A stretch of 64,000 nt of DNA from Camelus ferus (taxonomy: Eukaryota). The DNA lies in contig NC_045718.1 in assembly GCF_009834535.1 (NCBI RefSeq), forward strand, positions 20,770,001-20,834,000, read 5' to 3'. Shown here one piece after another: positions 36,016 through 48,939 of this stretch. Below the pieces are notes generated by a model. The model saw only the letters and a list, made by a program, of their open reading frames with translations, did not search any database and was not told where the DNA came from. Numbering within the stretch: position 1 is the stretch's first letter; the number at the start of each line of letters is the position of its first letter. Made by a program: the position numbers and the translations under genes.

Positions 36016-36099
36016 GGCTGTGGCGGGTCTTATTTGCAAGTACCCTGACCTGTTCACAGCGAGAGCAGTGTTGTTTGTAAGTGGTGTAGGCCCTTGAGT

Positions 36100-36260
36100 G
36101 TGGTGTGGTCCTTGGATAGCAGCAATGGCCTCCCCTGGGAGCTTGTCAGCAATGCAGAAGCTCAGGCAGCACCCCAGACTTGCTGAATCAGAGCCGGCTC
36201 TTTAACACAGCTCCCAGATGATTCCCAGGCAGGTTAAAAGTCAAGAACTGCTGCTCTGAA
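36100..36260 (+). mobile_element. MER5A-like fragment
   Basis: CTGGGAGCTTGTCAGCAATGCAGAAGCTCAGGCAGCACCCCAGACTTGCTGAATCAGA. Confidence 0.65.
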
Positions 36261-38129
36261 GGCTGACTTCCAGCCTTTCTCTGCTGAGAAACACAATGTA
36301 GATGGCGTCTGCTTTTAAGACTCTTGCTCCATGGGCGTCTCAGATGGGAACCGAGCCCAAGCTTTTGGGAGGCAGTAAAGCACTGGGCCAAGTTGAGAGC
36401 AACCCAGCCGTGAGCAGGTGTCAGGAACAGCTTCTCGGGGGAGGCTGTGGAAAAGCCAGGAGGGCCACAGGTCTGCCTGGGGCCTGGCACAGCTGCCACT
36501 CCAGCTCTGAGAGTATGAGAGAGAGCAGAGTTAGAAGACCAGCCTCAAGTCTGCTCTGACTTATGCATTTCAAAATGTTGGCATCTTAACTGTGAGTAGC
36601 AGGAAGCCATATCTGATCTCCATACCCTGCCGCTCTCACCTTGAGTGTTGATCAGAAGTACTATGGGGCTCGCTTTTTAAAATCAAAAGTTTCAGGGCCA
36701 CACTTCCGCTCTCCTGCAGCAGGGTTTCTGGCGAAGGGTCAGGCTTCAGTGATTTGGGGAAGTCCCCCAGGTTGCAAGGAGCATCCAGGGACCAGAAGCA
36801 CTAGGAAACCCATGCCCCTCAGCCCAGCCCACTCTCCGCCATCCTGCCTGTCACCAGAGAAGGACGCCCCACCCTCCCGGCCCTGAAGGAGGAGGCCAGG
36901 GCCCTGGCCCTCCCCTAGGTGGGCTGGCACAACCTGCTGAGGGGAGGAGTGGGGAGCGGAGTGTGAGAGACTGGACTCTAGAGGACTCAAACCCCTTGGG
37001 ATGCTGAGAGACTGCACAGTGTCCTGATACAGAAATGCTGACCTGGTTCCTGAATCCGCAGCAGCAAACCGCCTCTTCTCAGGAGACACGCTCGGGAAGG
37101 TGCCTCGGGCCTGCCTGCCCAGCCTGAGGGGGGTTCTGCTCTGAGCGCTTCCATCGCTTCACTTCCAGTTTTCCTCGCGCCCACCCTGACTTGACTTTGA
37201 GAAGAACCCAGGCCATGGCCGTGAGGCATTTTCCTCTCGTGCCTTGAATGTTTCTCCAGAAGCCTTTGCAGACATGGTCCCTCTCCTCCCCCCAGCCCCG
37301 CAACACCTCAGGGGCTTTAGAGGTGGACGTCATAGGGCTGGGCCATGGCCCATACACCTCTAGGCCAGATGCCGAAGGGCTACACCTGAGGAGCCAGCCG
37401 CGAAGCACAGGGAGGGGACGTGGACAGAGGAGCTGGGGGAGATGTGAGGAGCACCACTGATAGGCAGTCAGGGAGACTGCCTGCTGGTCCTGGCTGCCCA
37501 AATGGTCACGGGTTGCATGACCTTGGCTATCTCTTCTCACTGGGCCTCAGTTCTCCTGTCCATGTGATGTAAGAGGAGCCATGCCATGGGTCCCTGAGTT
37601 CTCCAGCTTTACAGAGCCATGATTCTATGAACGCTTTTATGGACAAAGGTATTAATATCCCCATTTGGTTTTATCTTAGTTTCATAAGAAGACAATTTTT
37701 ACATAAGTTTAAACTGTGTCAGGCCTGCTGAACTGTATAATTTTTGGTTTTTTCCCTGTTTAACTAGAAATGGGCCAATTGTATCATCATTGGGCTCATA
37801 AAGCACCAAGCACTTGTCCATTAAGAATCAACAGATCTCAATGGGGGACAAAACTGAGATCAGCTTTTAAACCATCAGGGAGTATTTATCCTCTCTTTAT
37901 CACGTAACTGACTACCTTGAGAGTAAATCGAACTCTTCTAGAACACTGGGGACAGGCATGACTTAATATGATTAGTACATCCTGAAACAATAAAGCCTTA
38001 GTGTTTTCTGTCGCTGTTGTGTGGGGTTTTTTGTTTTGTCAAAGACTCTGGGGTATAATCAGCACAGGATTTTAACTAAAACTGCCGGAGCACTCTTAAC
38101 ATACATTCCAAACCCCACCCCCACCGGCC

Positions 38130-38250
38130 CTACCACTTATTCTCATTCCACATTAGGCAACTGAAGCTCAGACAGGTAAAGGCACTTGCTCAGGGTCACA
38201 CAGTGGTGAAGTCACAGTTTGGACTCAAGCCTGGCTGATCTCAAAGCCCA
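38130..38250 (-). mobile_element. MIR
   Basis: AACTGAAGCTCAGACAGGTAAAGGCACTTGCTCAGGGTCACACAG. Confidence 0.7.
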
Positions 38251-38389
38251 TGCCAGTACCACCACTTCGTGCCGTCTTAGTGACGAGTGAGTATCTGACC
38301 ACCTCTCCTCACCTCGCTGTGGGCCAAGTGCTGGTTCTACACCATATAGTCGGACTAACTGACCAGTCAAAGCCATCTCTTACGGCCAT

Positions 38390-39600
38390 ACTAGGCTGTG
38401 TTCTAGGTGCTGGGGATCCCATGATGACTAAGACACAGTTCTGCTCTCTGAGACTCAGAGTATGGTTGGGCTGAGGAAAAAATGATTATGGCCATACAGT
38501 GTGTTAAGTGCTTTAACAGAGGTAAGTCCATATGCTCAGGGACCATATAAGAGCATCACCTGTCTCATCTTGGGACTCACCGAAGGCTCCCCAGGAGGTG
38601 ACCCTTGAGTTGGGTTCCGAGTTGGCCAGAGAGATGAAGGCAGGAGCAGGGGACAGTGTCAGGCACAGAGAACAAGGGGGGGCCCTGGGTGTGTGTGTGT
38701 GAAGATGCTCCTGGAGCAAGAGGCTGAACCAGTTGTCAAAAGGTCTTGAATCTTTTTTCTGGAGTTTGTTCTTCATCTGGACAGTGACAGAGAGTCATCA
38801 ATAGGTTTGCAGCAGGCAGATGGTGGGGACGTAATCAAATGTACACGTACAAAAATCGCATCAGGTCAGGGAGAAAGGTAGATTTTTATGCCTGGAGCCA
38901 GGGCATCCAGATAAGAGGTTATTGCGGGATCCTGGGCATCTGAAGGCCCCTAAACTGAGGCATAATAGTGGGTGTGGTGGGGAGGAGAGGACACCGTCTA
39001 GTCATAGTCCTGGATAACCGGACGTGGTGACTTGAACATGGGCGGTAAATGGGATGGAGGAATTGGGGCAGACATCCAGGCTCCTGGATATGCAACCTGG
39101 CGAATGATGGCACCATCAGCGGAGATGAGGAGGAGGGAGGGGCATCCCTGGGAGTGGGGCAGTTCAGGCTGGCATGGCACGTTTGAAGGGCGTGTGGTCC
39201 TCCCACTGGACATTCCTGCATGCAGTGGATAGATGATCCAGGAAGGAGATACCTAGAGATCTGGGGTCATCAGCAGGTAAATGACAATGGAAGTCACAGA
39301 TGTGGGTGTGGATGAGGTGACCGGAGGGTCAGGTGGAGGGGAGCGTGTAGGGCAGAGTGGGGTGAGCAGAGGGTCACAGGCAGACACCAGCTAGACAGCC
39401 TGTGTGGGGAGAAAACTCTCCATCTTCAAGACTTAGCTTCTGTTCTGACGAATCCAAAACCAGCCAAATTCTGTCCACAGTCACTAAATTAGGAATGGTG
39501 CCTGGGACCGAAAGGAGCTCTCCAATGAATTGTTTTATGTAATTAGTGGCTGCTGCCTTCACCAGGAGCTATTGGTAAAAGCATTAAAACTGAGTTTGTT
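38390..39600 (-). mobile_element. L2 fragment
   Basis: GTTCTAGGTGCTGGGGATCCC...GGAGGTGACCCTTGAGTTGGG...GTCACAGATGTGGGTGTGGATGAGGTGACC. Confidence 0.65.
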
Positions 39601-40244
39601 GAGCTTGATTGAATGAGAAAGAAAATTAGAGTACAGAATAGAGTTAGAGGCGTCTTCCTTCCCTCCAGTGTAAACACCACACACAGCGCAGTGATGGGCC
39701 TTGGAAGGACGCGAGGGGGACGATTGGAGTGCAGGCACCTAAGGCAGGAGGGAAGGTCCTGAAACAGCCGGGAGCAGCATGGGGCGGAAGCACAGCAGCT
39801 CAGTCTGGCCCTTGCATGTCCGTGCCTCTGAAGTGACCTTTCCTTCCTGCCACACGAAAAAGGTGGCAGAGAGGGGGCAGTGTTGTAATTTGCATGCAGG
39901 ACCCGAAGCACCAGAAAGGGAAGTCTGCAAGTTGACTGTGAGCGTTTTTTGTTTCTCTGGCCCCTTTTGCTCTGGCCTGGGGTGTAGTGGGCCGGGCTCC
40001 CCAAGGCAGCCTCCCGGAGGAGAGCAGGTTCTGGTACCCGCAGCACCTGGGGGTTGGGGCTCGTAGCTGGCCTGCTCAGGCCCTCAGCCCTTGGCCTTGT
40101 CTGCCAGTCCCAGGGAGCAGGTGTAGCTGCTCTGCTAGAGTGGTCTGAAGTCCACCACGTGAGGACAAGCACCTTTGACCACCTTCTCACCGGGTCTTCA
40201 CTGTCTTACTTTCACACTGCTTCTAGCGATGAATCCTGACCCCC

Positions 40245-40623
40245 AGCGCTTCAGAATGTGATCTCATTTGGAAGTAGAGTCACTGCAGATATAATTGGTT
40301 AAGACAAGCTCATTTGGGTGAGCCCTAATCCAAAATGACTGGTGTCCTTAAAACAAGGGGAAATTTGGAGACAGGAACACAGGAAGAAGGCCATGTGAAG
40401 ATGAAGGCAGAGACTGGGCTGAGGCTCCTTCAAGCCAAGGAACACCTGAGATGCCTGCAAACCACCAGAGGCCAGGAGAGAGGCTGGAACAGACTCCTCA
40501 CAGCTGTCGGGAGGAACCACCTGGGTGTCAAACTTCCGGCCTCTGGAGCTGGGGGCCGGTACATTTCTGGTGTTTAAGCCATCCAGTGTGTGATATTTGT
40601 AACAGCAACCAGCAGACTGATGC
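40245..40623 (+). mobile_element. MaLR LTR (MLT1B/C-like)
   Basis: CAGAATGTGATCTCATTTGGAAGTAGAG...CCCTAATCCAAAATGACTGGTGTCCTTA...GGCCATGTGAAGATGAAGGCAGAGA...TTTAAGCCATCCAGT. Confidence 0.8.
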
Positions 40624-41389
40624 ACCTCTGTCCAGATTACTGTGTGTGCAAGCCACCAGGCCCCACCTTTCCCACCTGTGAAGAGGTGACCTCTTTCGAG
40701 AAGGAAGGTGGGGAAGCTGAGTGTCCCAGAACATTCTTCTGGTTTCTCTATTCAAATTAATATTCCAGCTTCTCAACCAGTCATGCTCATCCCTCTCCCA
40801 GGCCTGTCCGTGACTCTCTGCATTTGGTTGTTCACATCTTCATTTGTTCGTCCATTGTCCATTTATTTATTTGTTTGTTCGACATATCTTTCTTGCTCAC
40901 CTCCTGTGTGCCAGCCACTGTCCTAGACGCTGGGTGCACAGTGGGAAACAGACTGACGAGAGGCCTGTCCTCATGGCATTTTCATTACAGTCGGAGTATT
41001 AGTCAAACAATGCAGAAATCAGTGGTAAGTGCTGAGATGACAGAAACAGCGATTAGCTGGTGGGCTCGAGGTCCCAGTTAACCCTGACCCTGACCCTGAC
41101 CCCCGTCTGCTTTTCCACCAGCTGAGGACAAGGACAGCTCGGTTATAGTTGAGTAGCCTCATCGCGCTGCAAAGTGTGACCGGTTGTCTTGGGCACAGAC
41201 AGGGATATTGGTCTGTGTCTGCTCCCTCTGCAGCCCTGTTTTTGGGAGAGGGGCTCTCTAGCCAAGGTGGCAGGGAGGTCCAACACCTGTAGTGGCTGGA
41301 TTTCTGGGTAAAGACCATGAAGCAACAACACTAGAGAGCTGTGAGAGACTCGGGATTCTCTGCTGGACACTGCGGGACCTAAGTGTGGT

Positions 41390-41530
41390 GCAGGGCAGTG
41401 CAGCTTCCGGGACCAGCAGTGCTGCCCATGAGCTTTTCAGAAATGCAAATTCAGGCTCTGCACCAGACCCACTGAGTCAGGACCTCTGGGTTGGGGACCC
41501 CAGGAGTTGTTGCTGCTCCTGGAAGTCGAG
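41390..41530 (+). mobile_element. MER5A-like fragment
   Basis: CAGAAATGCAAATTCAGGCTCTGCACCAGACCCACTGAGTCAG...AGAAACACTG. Confidence 0.6.
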
Positions 41531-43828
41531 AAACACTGCTATCAGGCACAAGCATGGCTTTTGGGACAAATGAAGTTTGAGGTTTGGTTCTTTTATCTTT
41601 AATAAGGGCATAAAAACAGCACCTAACTTTTAGTACCGACTTCTACAGTTATAAAGAGGGTATTAGATAATGCATATAGGTGCCTGGGACCCAGTACAAG
41701 TGCAGTAAACCTTAGTTAGTTACTCTTTTATTACAATTTTTATGCTCCTGTCTGCTTATGAAGAGCAGACCTACCTAACCTAGGCTTGGAGCATCAGGAG
41801 GTTTTCAAAAGCCTCAGCTGACCCGAGGCTTCTCATGAACTGGCTGCCTGGCTGGCTCAGGGCTCACCAGCAGAACTGGTGAGGCCACCTGGCTCACGGG
41901 CTTGTGGCCCTGAGGGTTTATAGGCCAGGAGTTGTCAGGAATCTGGCCCCAACTTGCTCCAAGAAGTGTGGTCTCAGATAAGGTTACACACGCACATCGT
42001 CATCACAACACCAGACGGTGAAAAATCAGTGCCTCATGCAGGATCTGAAGGAGGCAGGCTGTGGGCACTGGGGCAAAGATGGGTGTGGGAGGGTGAGGCG
42101 ATAAACAGATGTGTGTGGAAAGGGAGGGAGAGAGATTTCCCTGGAGGAGCCAGGCACCAGGAAGGGCGGGAGCACAGTCTTGGTGTTTGTATTGCCCCTT
42201 TGACTTCTTGATTAGCTCCCTTAAAGCACCTCTGTTTGTCTACCCAGTTGTAGGAGGTTGTTCAGAGCTGGAGTAAAGCTCTGTGCTGGAACCAGCTCTA
42301 CCACTGCTGGGGACAGCGCCCCAAGCAGTTAGGAAATCCAAGGGAGATGTGTGCACACTCTGAGCTAATTCCCAGAATGTGCATTTTTCTGCCCCGCCCC
42401 ACTCCTCTCCCAGGAAGGTTTGACTGGGTGAGGCTGGAGGGGCCCCTGTGGCATTAAGACTCCCAGGGCTGGCTGCATGGGGCACCTGGGCAGAGACCTA
42501 CCAGCCTCCTCTGTGGAGCTGAGGCGGGGCTCCCACATCGTGTCAGAGGATGGAGGCAGAATGGGGCTTTTCTTCAGCTCTTTCCAAGGATTCCCTGGGA
42601 GGTAATCCAGTCCCTGGGCCAACATATCAGGGTCATCCCATTCCAGAGGAGGAGCCACAGCCCAGTTTGGAGCCCTTGCCTGCTAGGATGAGACTGGGAC
42701 GTGGTGGCCTCACCTGTTTGCACAGGTGGCACCTTTCTGGTCTGCTCTCGACTTAGGTTTCCCTCTGCAGTGGGCTTCCCCTTTCCCAATCCCATCCCAA
42801 CCCCTGCACCAGCAAGCCTCCGACACATTCCCTGGGGTGCTGCCTGGCTTCCCCACTGGGGATCACAAAATGGGTGAGAATGCTAACACCCCTGCAAAAG
42901 ACATGCCGAGCAGGTCCTTTTTCCTTTGGAAGCAGGAATACATCCATAACATGCTACATTTACAAAGGGTTCTCAGGGCTGCCAACCTTACAGTAGAGGT
43001 TAAGTAGTGGTATATTTCTCCTATAAACAACAACCAAAAAGGTATCCCAGGCCATAGACAAATCAGAGAGAGAAAAAAAGGTCATAAATTCCTGTGGACC
43101 TTACGTACAGATTTGTATATTCTCCAATGATTCTGATTTTTATTACATTATTTATATGTCTTTTTGTCATCTGGATTATTGAAAAACCACTTAAAGCTGT
43201 GGATGAAAAAGACTGACTTTTTTTAGCGGTAGTCTACTTCTTATCTCAACAGGGAATGAAATGTGATTATGGGAAGAAAGTGATCCCCGAATCAGGGCAC
43301 AGTCGTCTAAGACACATGAGAAGGACTAGAGGTGTGAGCGAGTTGGTCTCTGTGCCCCCTTAGCTTCTGTCCTTTTCTCCCTCCTCCTTCCCTGCGACCC
43401 TCTTCCCCTAGTCCTTGCTCACAGAATAGGGCCCGATACCCCTTGGGGAGAGATGCCCCTTCTCTAGCTCCTTGGCTCCTATGGGACCCCCCCACCCCCA
43501 GAGATAAGGGAGGCGAGTGACTCTCCTGCTGTTGGCCCCACCCCAACTCCTCCTTGGCACACACACCCTCACACAACGTCCCTCCGCACAGATCTGAGAG
43601 CCCTGTGTGGACTGCCCATTCCTGCCGGTAATCAACCCCAAACAGGAATCTACAAACGTGCACACATCTGTGTTATGTCCTGGAAGGACTTTGGGCTTCA
43701 GGCTTTATGTGTGTGTGACTTCTGTTCGAGTGGCAGTAGGGCACAATGCTGAAGATCTGGACACCAGCGACTGCTCGCCTGGGCGTGGGTCTACCACCGA
43801 CTGTGTGCCCTTGGGCACACCTCCTCCC

Positions 43829-43960
43829 NNNNNNNNNNNNNNNNNNNNNNNNNNNNNNNNNNNNNNNNNNNNNNNNNNNNNNNNNNNNNNNNNNNNNNNN
43901 NNNNNNNNNNNNNNNNNNNNNNNNNNNNNNNNNNNNNNNNNNNNNNNNNNNNNNNNNNNN
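43829..43960. other. Assembly gap (132 N)
   Basis: Run of Ns. Confidence 1.
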
Positions 43961-43994
43961 TCTCCAAAATTCTTTCCTTCTTGAAAAACTGGAA

Positions 43995-44430
43995 CTCTGG
44001 GAAATCCTGTCATGTGCTGCAACGTGGATGAAACTTGCAGACATTATGTCAAGTGAAGCAAACCAGTCACAAAAGGACAAACACTGTATGAATCCACTCA
44101 TGTGGGGAACCTAGCGTAGTCAGATCCACAGAAGTAGGAAGTGGAAGGGTGGGGGCCAGGAGCTGGGCAGAGGGGCAAGTAGGGAGCTGTTGTTTAATGG
44201 ATACGGAGTTTTCGTTTTGCAAGAGGAGAAGGGTTTTGGAGATGAATGCACAGCAATGCAAATTATTTAACGGTATTGAACTATACATTTAGAAAAATGG
44301 CTAAAATTCTTTTTTTATTGAAAGATATTCTTTTTTTATTTATTTACTATGTTGCGTTCTTAGTTTGAGGTGTACAGCAAATAAGATGATAAATTTTATG
44401 TTATGTGTAACTTACCAAAATGTAAAATTT
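43995..44430 (+). mobile_element. L1MB-like 3' end
   Basis: GAAATCCTGTCATGTGCTGCAACGTGGATGAAACTTG...AGCAAACCAGTCACAAAAGGACAAACACTGTATGA. Confidence 0.8.
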
Positions 44431-44626
44431 TAAAACTAAAAAACCCCCAAAGGTGAAAACTCTGTACTCTCCCCTCACCTCTTTTTGCCTCCATTTCCTC
44501 ATTCGTAGAATAGGAATCATTGTGCTACCCAGCTGATAGGGCTGTTGTAAGGGTCTGCTGGGCAATACATACAAATGGTTCACATCATGTCTGAGTGCCC
44601 TTGTGTCAGCTATTATCATTATTATG

Positions 44627-44776
44627 TTTAATTTGTTATTTTGGGGGAGGTAATTAGGTTTCTTTCTGTATTTTTTAATTTTCTATTTTATTTTATTTTT
44701 AGAGGAAGTACTGGGGGTTGAACCCAGGACCTTGTGCATGCTAAGCTCGTGCTCTACCCATGAGCTACACCCTCCC
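44627..44776 (-). mobile_element. tRNA-derived SINE, camelid Vic-1-like
   Basis: Reverse complement reads GGGAGGGTGTAGCTCATGGGTAGAGC...CCTGGGTTCAACCCCCAGTAC...CCTAATTACCTCCCCC. Confidence 0.85.
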
Positions 44777-46097
44777 TTGCCACCCCGGCTATTAACATTA
44801 TTAATGTTTTATGTTGAGCAGGGCAAGAAGGAGACAGATTAGTAGATTGACTTTTCAGAGAAAGGGGACAGAGATGACAGGAAGACATGGTACAGGTGTG
44901 GAGGGAGGGGAGTCTGTTCTGGGATTTTGGGAATCTGCCCCACAAGACGGAGGAATTCCTCCAAACTTGTTGGCCTGAACACCTGGGCCCCAGCAAAGCT
45001 GTTACTGCCTTCCAATTACATAGACTCTAATCATTTTACATTTGTGATCATTTATACACAGCAGGCTGGAGTTTCTGAACCTTTTACCCAGCAAAAGGGT
45101 GAGCTGAGTTCAGTTTTGGCATAAGCCAGTTAGGTCGAGTGCAGGAGACTTTTCTGAATTTCCTAACAGGGTAAATGACGCCCGAGTCCTTCGACAGGGT
45201 TTTCCGGGGATGTGGTTGCAAATCATCTCACCTTCCAGCTGAGTAGATCCTCACAGCAAATTTTAACAGTGTATTCATTTAAAAAGCTTTATGAAAATAT
45301 AAAATGTAATTGTATTTAATAAACAATTGCATTCAAAAGGAAAAAAAAAATCACACCTTTGTGAATCTGGGAAGTGTAGCCCCCAATTATGTTGGGGTGC
45401 TACCACAGTGAGGTCAGGGTCCTGGTCTCCCCCCAAACACAATTCCTCCTCCAAGACTGCAGGACGGTGACTGAGCAAAGCCCCCAGTGCTGTGGAAAGA
45501 TCCAGCTGCAGACGGGCAGCAAAGACTAATGAAGCAGAGAAAGCAGATTACTCCGAGGGGTTTTACAGCATCTGTCGGACCAAATGTTTTCTGACATTTG
45601 TATTAACTCTCTTGGGCTCTTGCTCAGAGGACTCTAATGACCTCATTTCCCTTAACTTTGCCTTCAGGCCGGCCACAGGCAAGCACGGTGGTCTCCCGAG
45701 GGAGGGGCTGAGGAGCGGGGACCACCGCCTGCTGGCCTGGCCTCGTCTAGGGTGTGTGTGTGGACGGGGTGGGCTTGCATGGCTGCCCGGGACCTTCAGG
45801 GCCTCTCCCTGCCCGTGCTGGCTGCAGAACTAAGGCTGGGACAGCTTTTTCTTGTTTTATACCTGTTTAAGGTTTAACTGACATACAATAAACTGTACCT
45901 ATTTAAACTGTGCGCTTTGATAAGTCTGATGTATGATGTACCGTCACCACAAGGTAATGAACATATCCACCCTCTCCCCAAACTCCCTCCTTCCCCTCTG
46001 CACCCCACTAACCCCTCACGGAGGCAACCGTTGACCTGCATTTTGTCACTATAGATTCATTTCTTTTGGGGGAGTCCACAGTCTTTTCCCTCAGCTT

Positions 46098-46714
46098 TGT
46101 GGGAGCCCATGATTGGGTTAACAAATTGTAACAGATCCCAGCCACTTGTCTCCTTAAAGAAGATGTGCTTAGTACCTGCCTTGAGGTTTTAGCAATAACC
46201 CAGGCCCCGGCTATAAATGCTGGGCGTGCCTGAAGTTAGTCTTCTATCCCCAAAACAGCCTTGGGCTGGAATGGCAAACAACTTATAGAAAGCTGCAGAC
46301 TCAGAGGTGAGAAGGCTGGTTAGCCAGTGACGGGTAAGACCCCGTGAGGGGGCAACCTAAGACGGGCACAGCCGCCTGAGTCCAGGAAAATCTTGTCAAG
46401 CAGCTGATTCTCATACGTTCCACCCTGATAAGCTGAAAGGCTCAACACGATTATGATTCACCAAAAACGGTCTTCTAACCTTGAGCCAAACACCAACAAT
46501 AAACAAAGCCTTTGTACTCATTGTGATTCCACCCTGTCCTTCCCTAAATTCCTGCTTCAACTGTACTCAATAAATATGAGAGATTTGAGAGGCTCGTGGA
46601 GTTGGCTCCTGACTCCTTCTTGCTCTCTTGACTTTTCCCCAGAGTCTTGAGTAATTCATTCCGTCTCAGTGGGATTTCTGCTGGCCAGAACCCACAACTG
46701 GTGACGAACCCACA
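46098..46714 (+). mobile_element. ERV LTR remnant (near-solo) with 5-bp TSD AGCTT
   Basis: TGTGGG...CCCACA termini; AGCTT at 46093-46097 and 46715-46719; AATAAA at 46569-46574; interrupts an L1MB-like fragment that resumes in register. Confidence 0.85.
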
Positions 46715-47641
46715 AGCTTAATTACTTTGCAACTCATTCATTGTTGTGTATATCACTGGCTTGTTCCTGTTTGTAGCTGGGTAGTAGTCCGTTGTATACA
46801 TACCACAACTCGTCTATCTAACTGCTGATGGGCATTTGCGTACAGGTCTTTGTTGTGGACACATGCTTCCATTTCTTTTGGGTAAATCCCTACGAGTAGA
46901 ATAGTTGGATCATATAATAGGTACATGGTTATTTAAGAAACTATCTCACTGTCTTCCGGAATGGTTGTACCATTTTACGTTCCCACCAGCAGTGCATGAG
47001 AATTCCAGTTGCTCTGTGTTCTTGCCAGCATTTGGTCCTGAAGGTCTTTAACTGCAGACATTCTAATAAGTGTGTAGTACTACATTGTGGTTTTGATTTG
47101 CATTTCCCTAACTAATGATTTTGAGCATCTTTTCTCATGCTTATTTGCCATCTGTATATCTTCTTTGGTGCAGTGTCTATTTGAATCTTTGTCTATCTCT
47201 ACCATTGGCTTGTTTATTATTGAGTTTTGAGGGTTTTAAAAAATATAATGGAAACATGAGTCTTTCATCAGATACACACACTGTCGCCTGTGACTTATCT
47301 TTTCATTCCCTTAGCAGTGTCCTATGAACGGCACAAGATTTTGATTTTAAGAAGTCTAGTTTATCCATTTTTAATTTTATAGATCACAGTTTGGTGTCAC
47401 GTCTAAGAAATCTTTGCTTAACAGAAGGTCACAAAGGCATTTTCTTATTTATTCTTCCACATATTTTATAGATTTCATTTTTCATTTAGGTTTATGGTCC
47501 ATTTTGAGTTAATTTGTATACATGCTAAAAGTTTTTAATCCAAATTTTCTTATTTGCATATGTATATCCAACTGTCCCAGCACCATTTGTTGAAAAGACT
47601 ATTTTTGCTCCACTGAATTGCCTTTTGCAGAAAATCAGTTC

Positions 47642-48097
47642 TGTATTGTATTTTTTTTCCTAGGACTGCCTAACGAAGCACCACAAACTTGGTGGCCTAA
47701 AACAACAGAACTGTATTCTCTCACAGTTCTGGTGGCTGGAAGTCTGAAACTGAGGTGCTGGCAGGCAGCACTTGCTCTGAAAGCTCTAGGCGAGAATCCT
47801 TTCTTTCCTCTTCCAGCTTCTGGTGGCTCCAGACATTACTTGGTTGGTGGCAGCGTAACTCCAATCTCTATGTCTGTCTTTACCTGGCCTTCTCCCCAGG
47901 TATCTCTGTGTCTTCCCCTCTTCTTATAAAGATACCTGTCATTGGATTTAGGGCCTATCCTTAATCCAGGATGATTTCATTTTAAGATCTTTAACTGAAT
48001 TACATCTGCACAGACCCTTTTTCCGAATAAGATCACATTCACAAGTTCCACATAGACATGATTTGTAGGGAGGAAGGACACAAATCAATTCACTACA
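47642..48097 (-). mobile_element. MaLR LTR (MLT1C/D-like) inserted in L1
   Basis: CACAAACTTGGTGGCCTAAAACAACAGAA...ATTGGATTTAGGGCCTATCCTTAATCCAGGATGA...CACATTCACAAG. Confidence 0.8.
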
Positions 48098-48823
48098 TGC
48101 ATCTGTGTGTGGATCTGTTTGGTTACTACAGCTTTGTAATGAGTCTTGCAATCAAGTAGTGTTAGTCCTCCAACTTCGTACTTTTTCAAAGTCATTTTGG
48201 CTATTTTAGGTCTTTTGTATTTCCATATACATTTTAGAATCAGATGGTCAATTTCTATAAGAAAAGACTATTGGGATTTTGGGGAGATTGTGTTGAATCT
48301 ATTGGGGAGAATCAACATCTTAACAATATTGAGTCTTCCAAACTATAACCAAAGTATATCTCTCCATTTATTTAAATCTTTATCTCAGCAGTGTTCTGTA
48401 GTTTTCAACATACAGATCTTTCTCATTGATTGTCATGTTTACCCCCATTTCATATTTTGTGATGCTATTGAAAAGGGTATTGTTATTTCAATTTCCATTC
48501 TGATTGTTCATTGCTAGCATGTAGAAATCCAGTCAATTTGTGGATGTTGACCTGTATCTTGCAATCTTACTAGACTCACTTTTTCTAGTGGCTTTTTTGT
48601 AGAGTCAAGCAGATCTTCTTCATAGATGATCGTATCATCTGAGAATAAACACAATTTTACTTCTTCCTTTCTGATACAGATTTCTTTCCCTTACGTTTTG
48701 AATTGGCCAGAATCTTCAACACAATGTTGGTTAAAGTGGTTAAAGTGGACATTCTGATGTGCACCAGATCTTAGGGGGAAGGTATTCAGTCTTTCACTGC
48801 TGAGTGTGATGTTAGCTGCAGGT

Positions 48824-48935
48824 AGGGTGACAAACTGTCCCACTTTTCTGGAGACTGAGGGGTTTCCTAGGACTGACCGCTTGCAGTGCTAAAACGAGGA
48901 TAGTCCCAGGCAAACTAGGAAAGTTGATCACCCTG
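48824..48935 (+). mobile_element. MER81-like hAT-Blackjack MITE
   Basis: AGGGTGACAAACTGTCCC...GACTGAGGGGTTTCC...CAGTGCTAAAAC...TTGATCACCCT. Confidence 0.75.
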
Positions 48936-48939
48936 GTTG

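Larger units (their letters stand above)
45855..48820 (-). mobile_element. L1MB/MC-like fragment (3' end and ORF2 remnant) hosting an ERV LTR and an MLT1 LTR
   Basis: TTCCCACCAGCAGTGCATGAGAATTCCAG, TTTTGATTTGCATTTCCCTAACTAATG, CAGCACCATTTGTTGAAAAGACTA, AGTCTTCCAAACTATAAC motifs. Confidence 0.8.

Noticed and set aside
39543-40190. 215-aa minus-strand ORF
   Set aside because: No homology recognised; it begins at a non-ATG codon in GC-rich intergenic sequence and ends in L2-derived DNA.
43803-43820. Hairpin GTGTGCCC-TT-GGGCACAC beside the second gap
   Set aside because: Derives from the MIR core (TGTGTGACCTTGGGCA); short and expected by chance.
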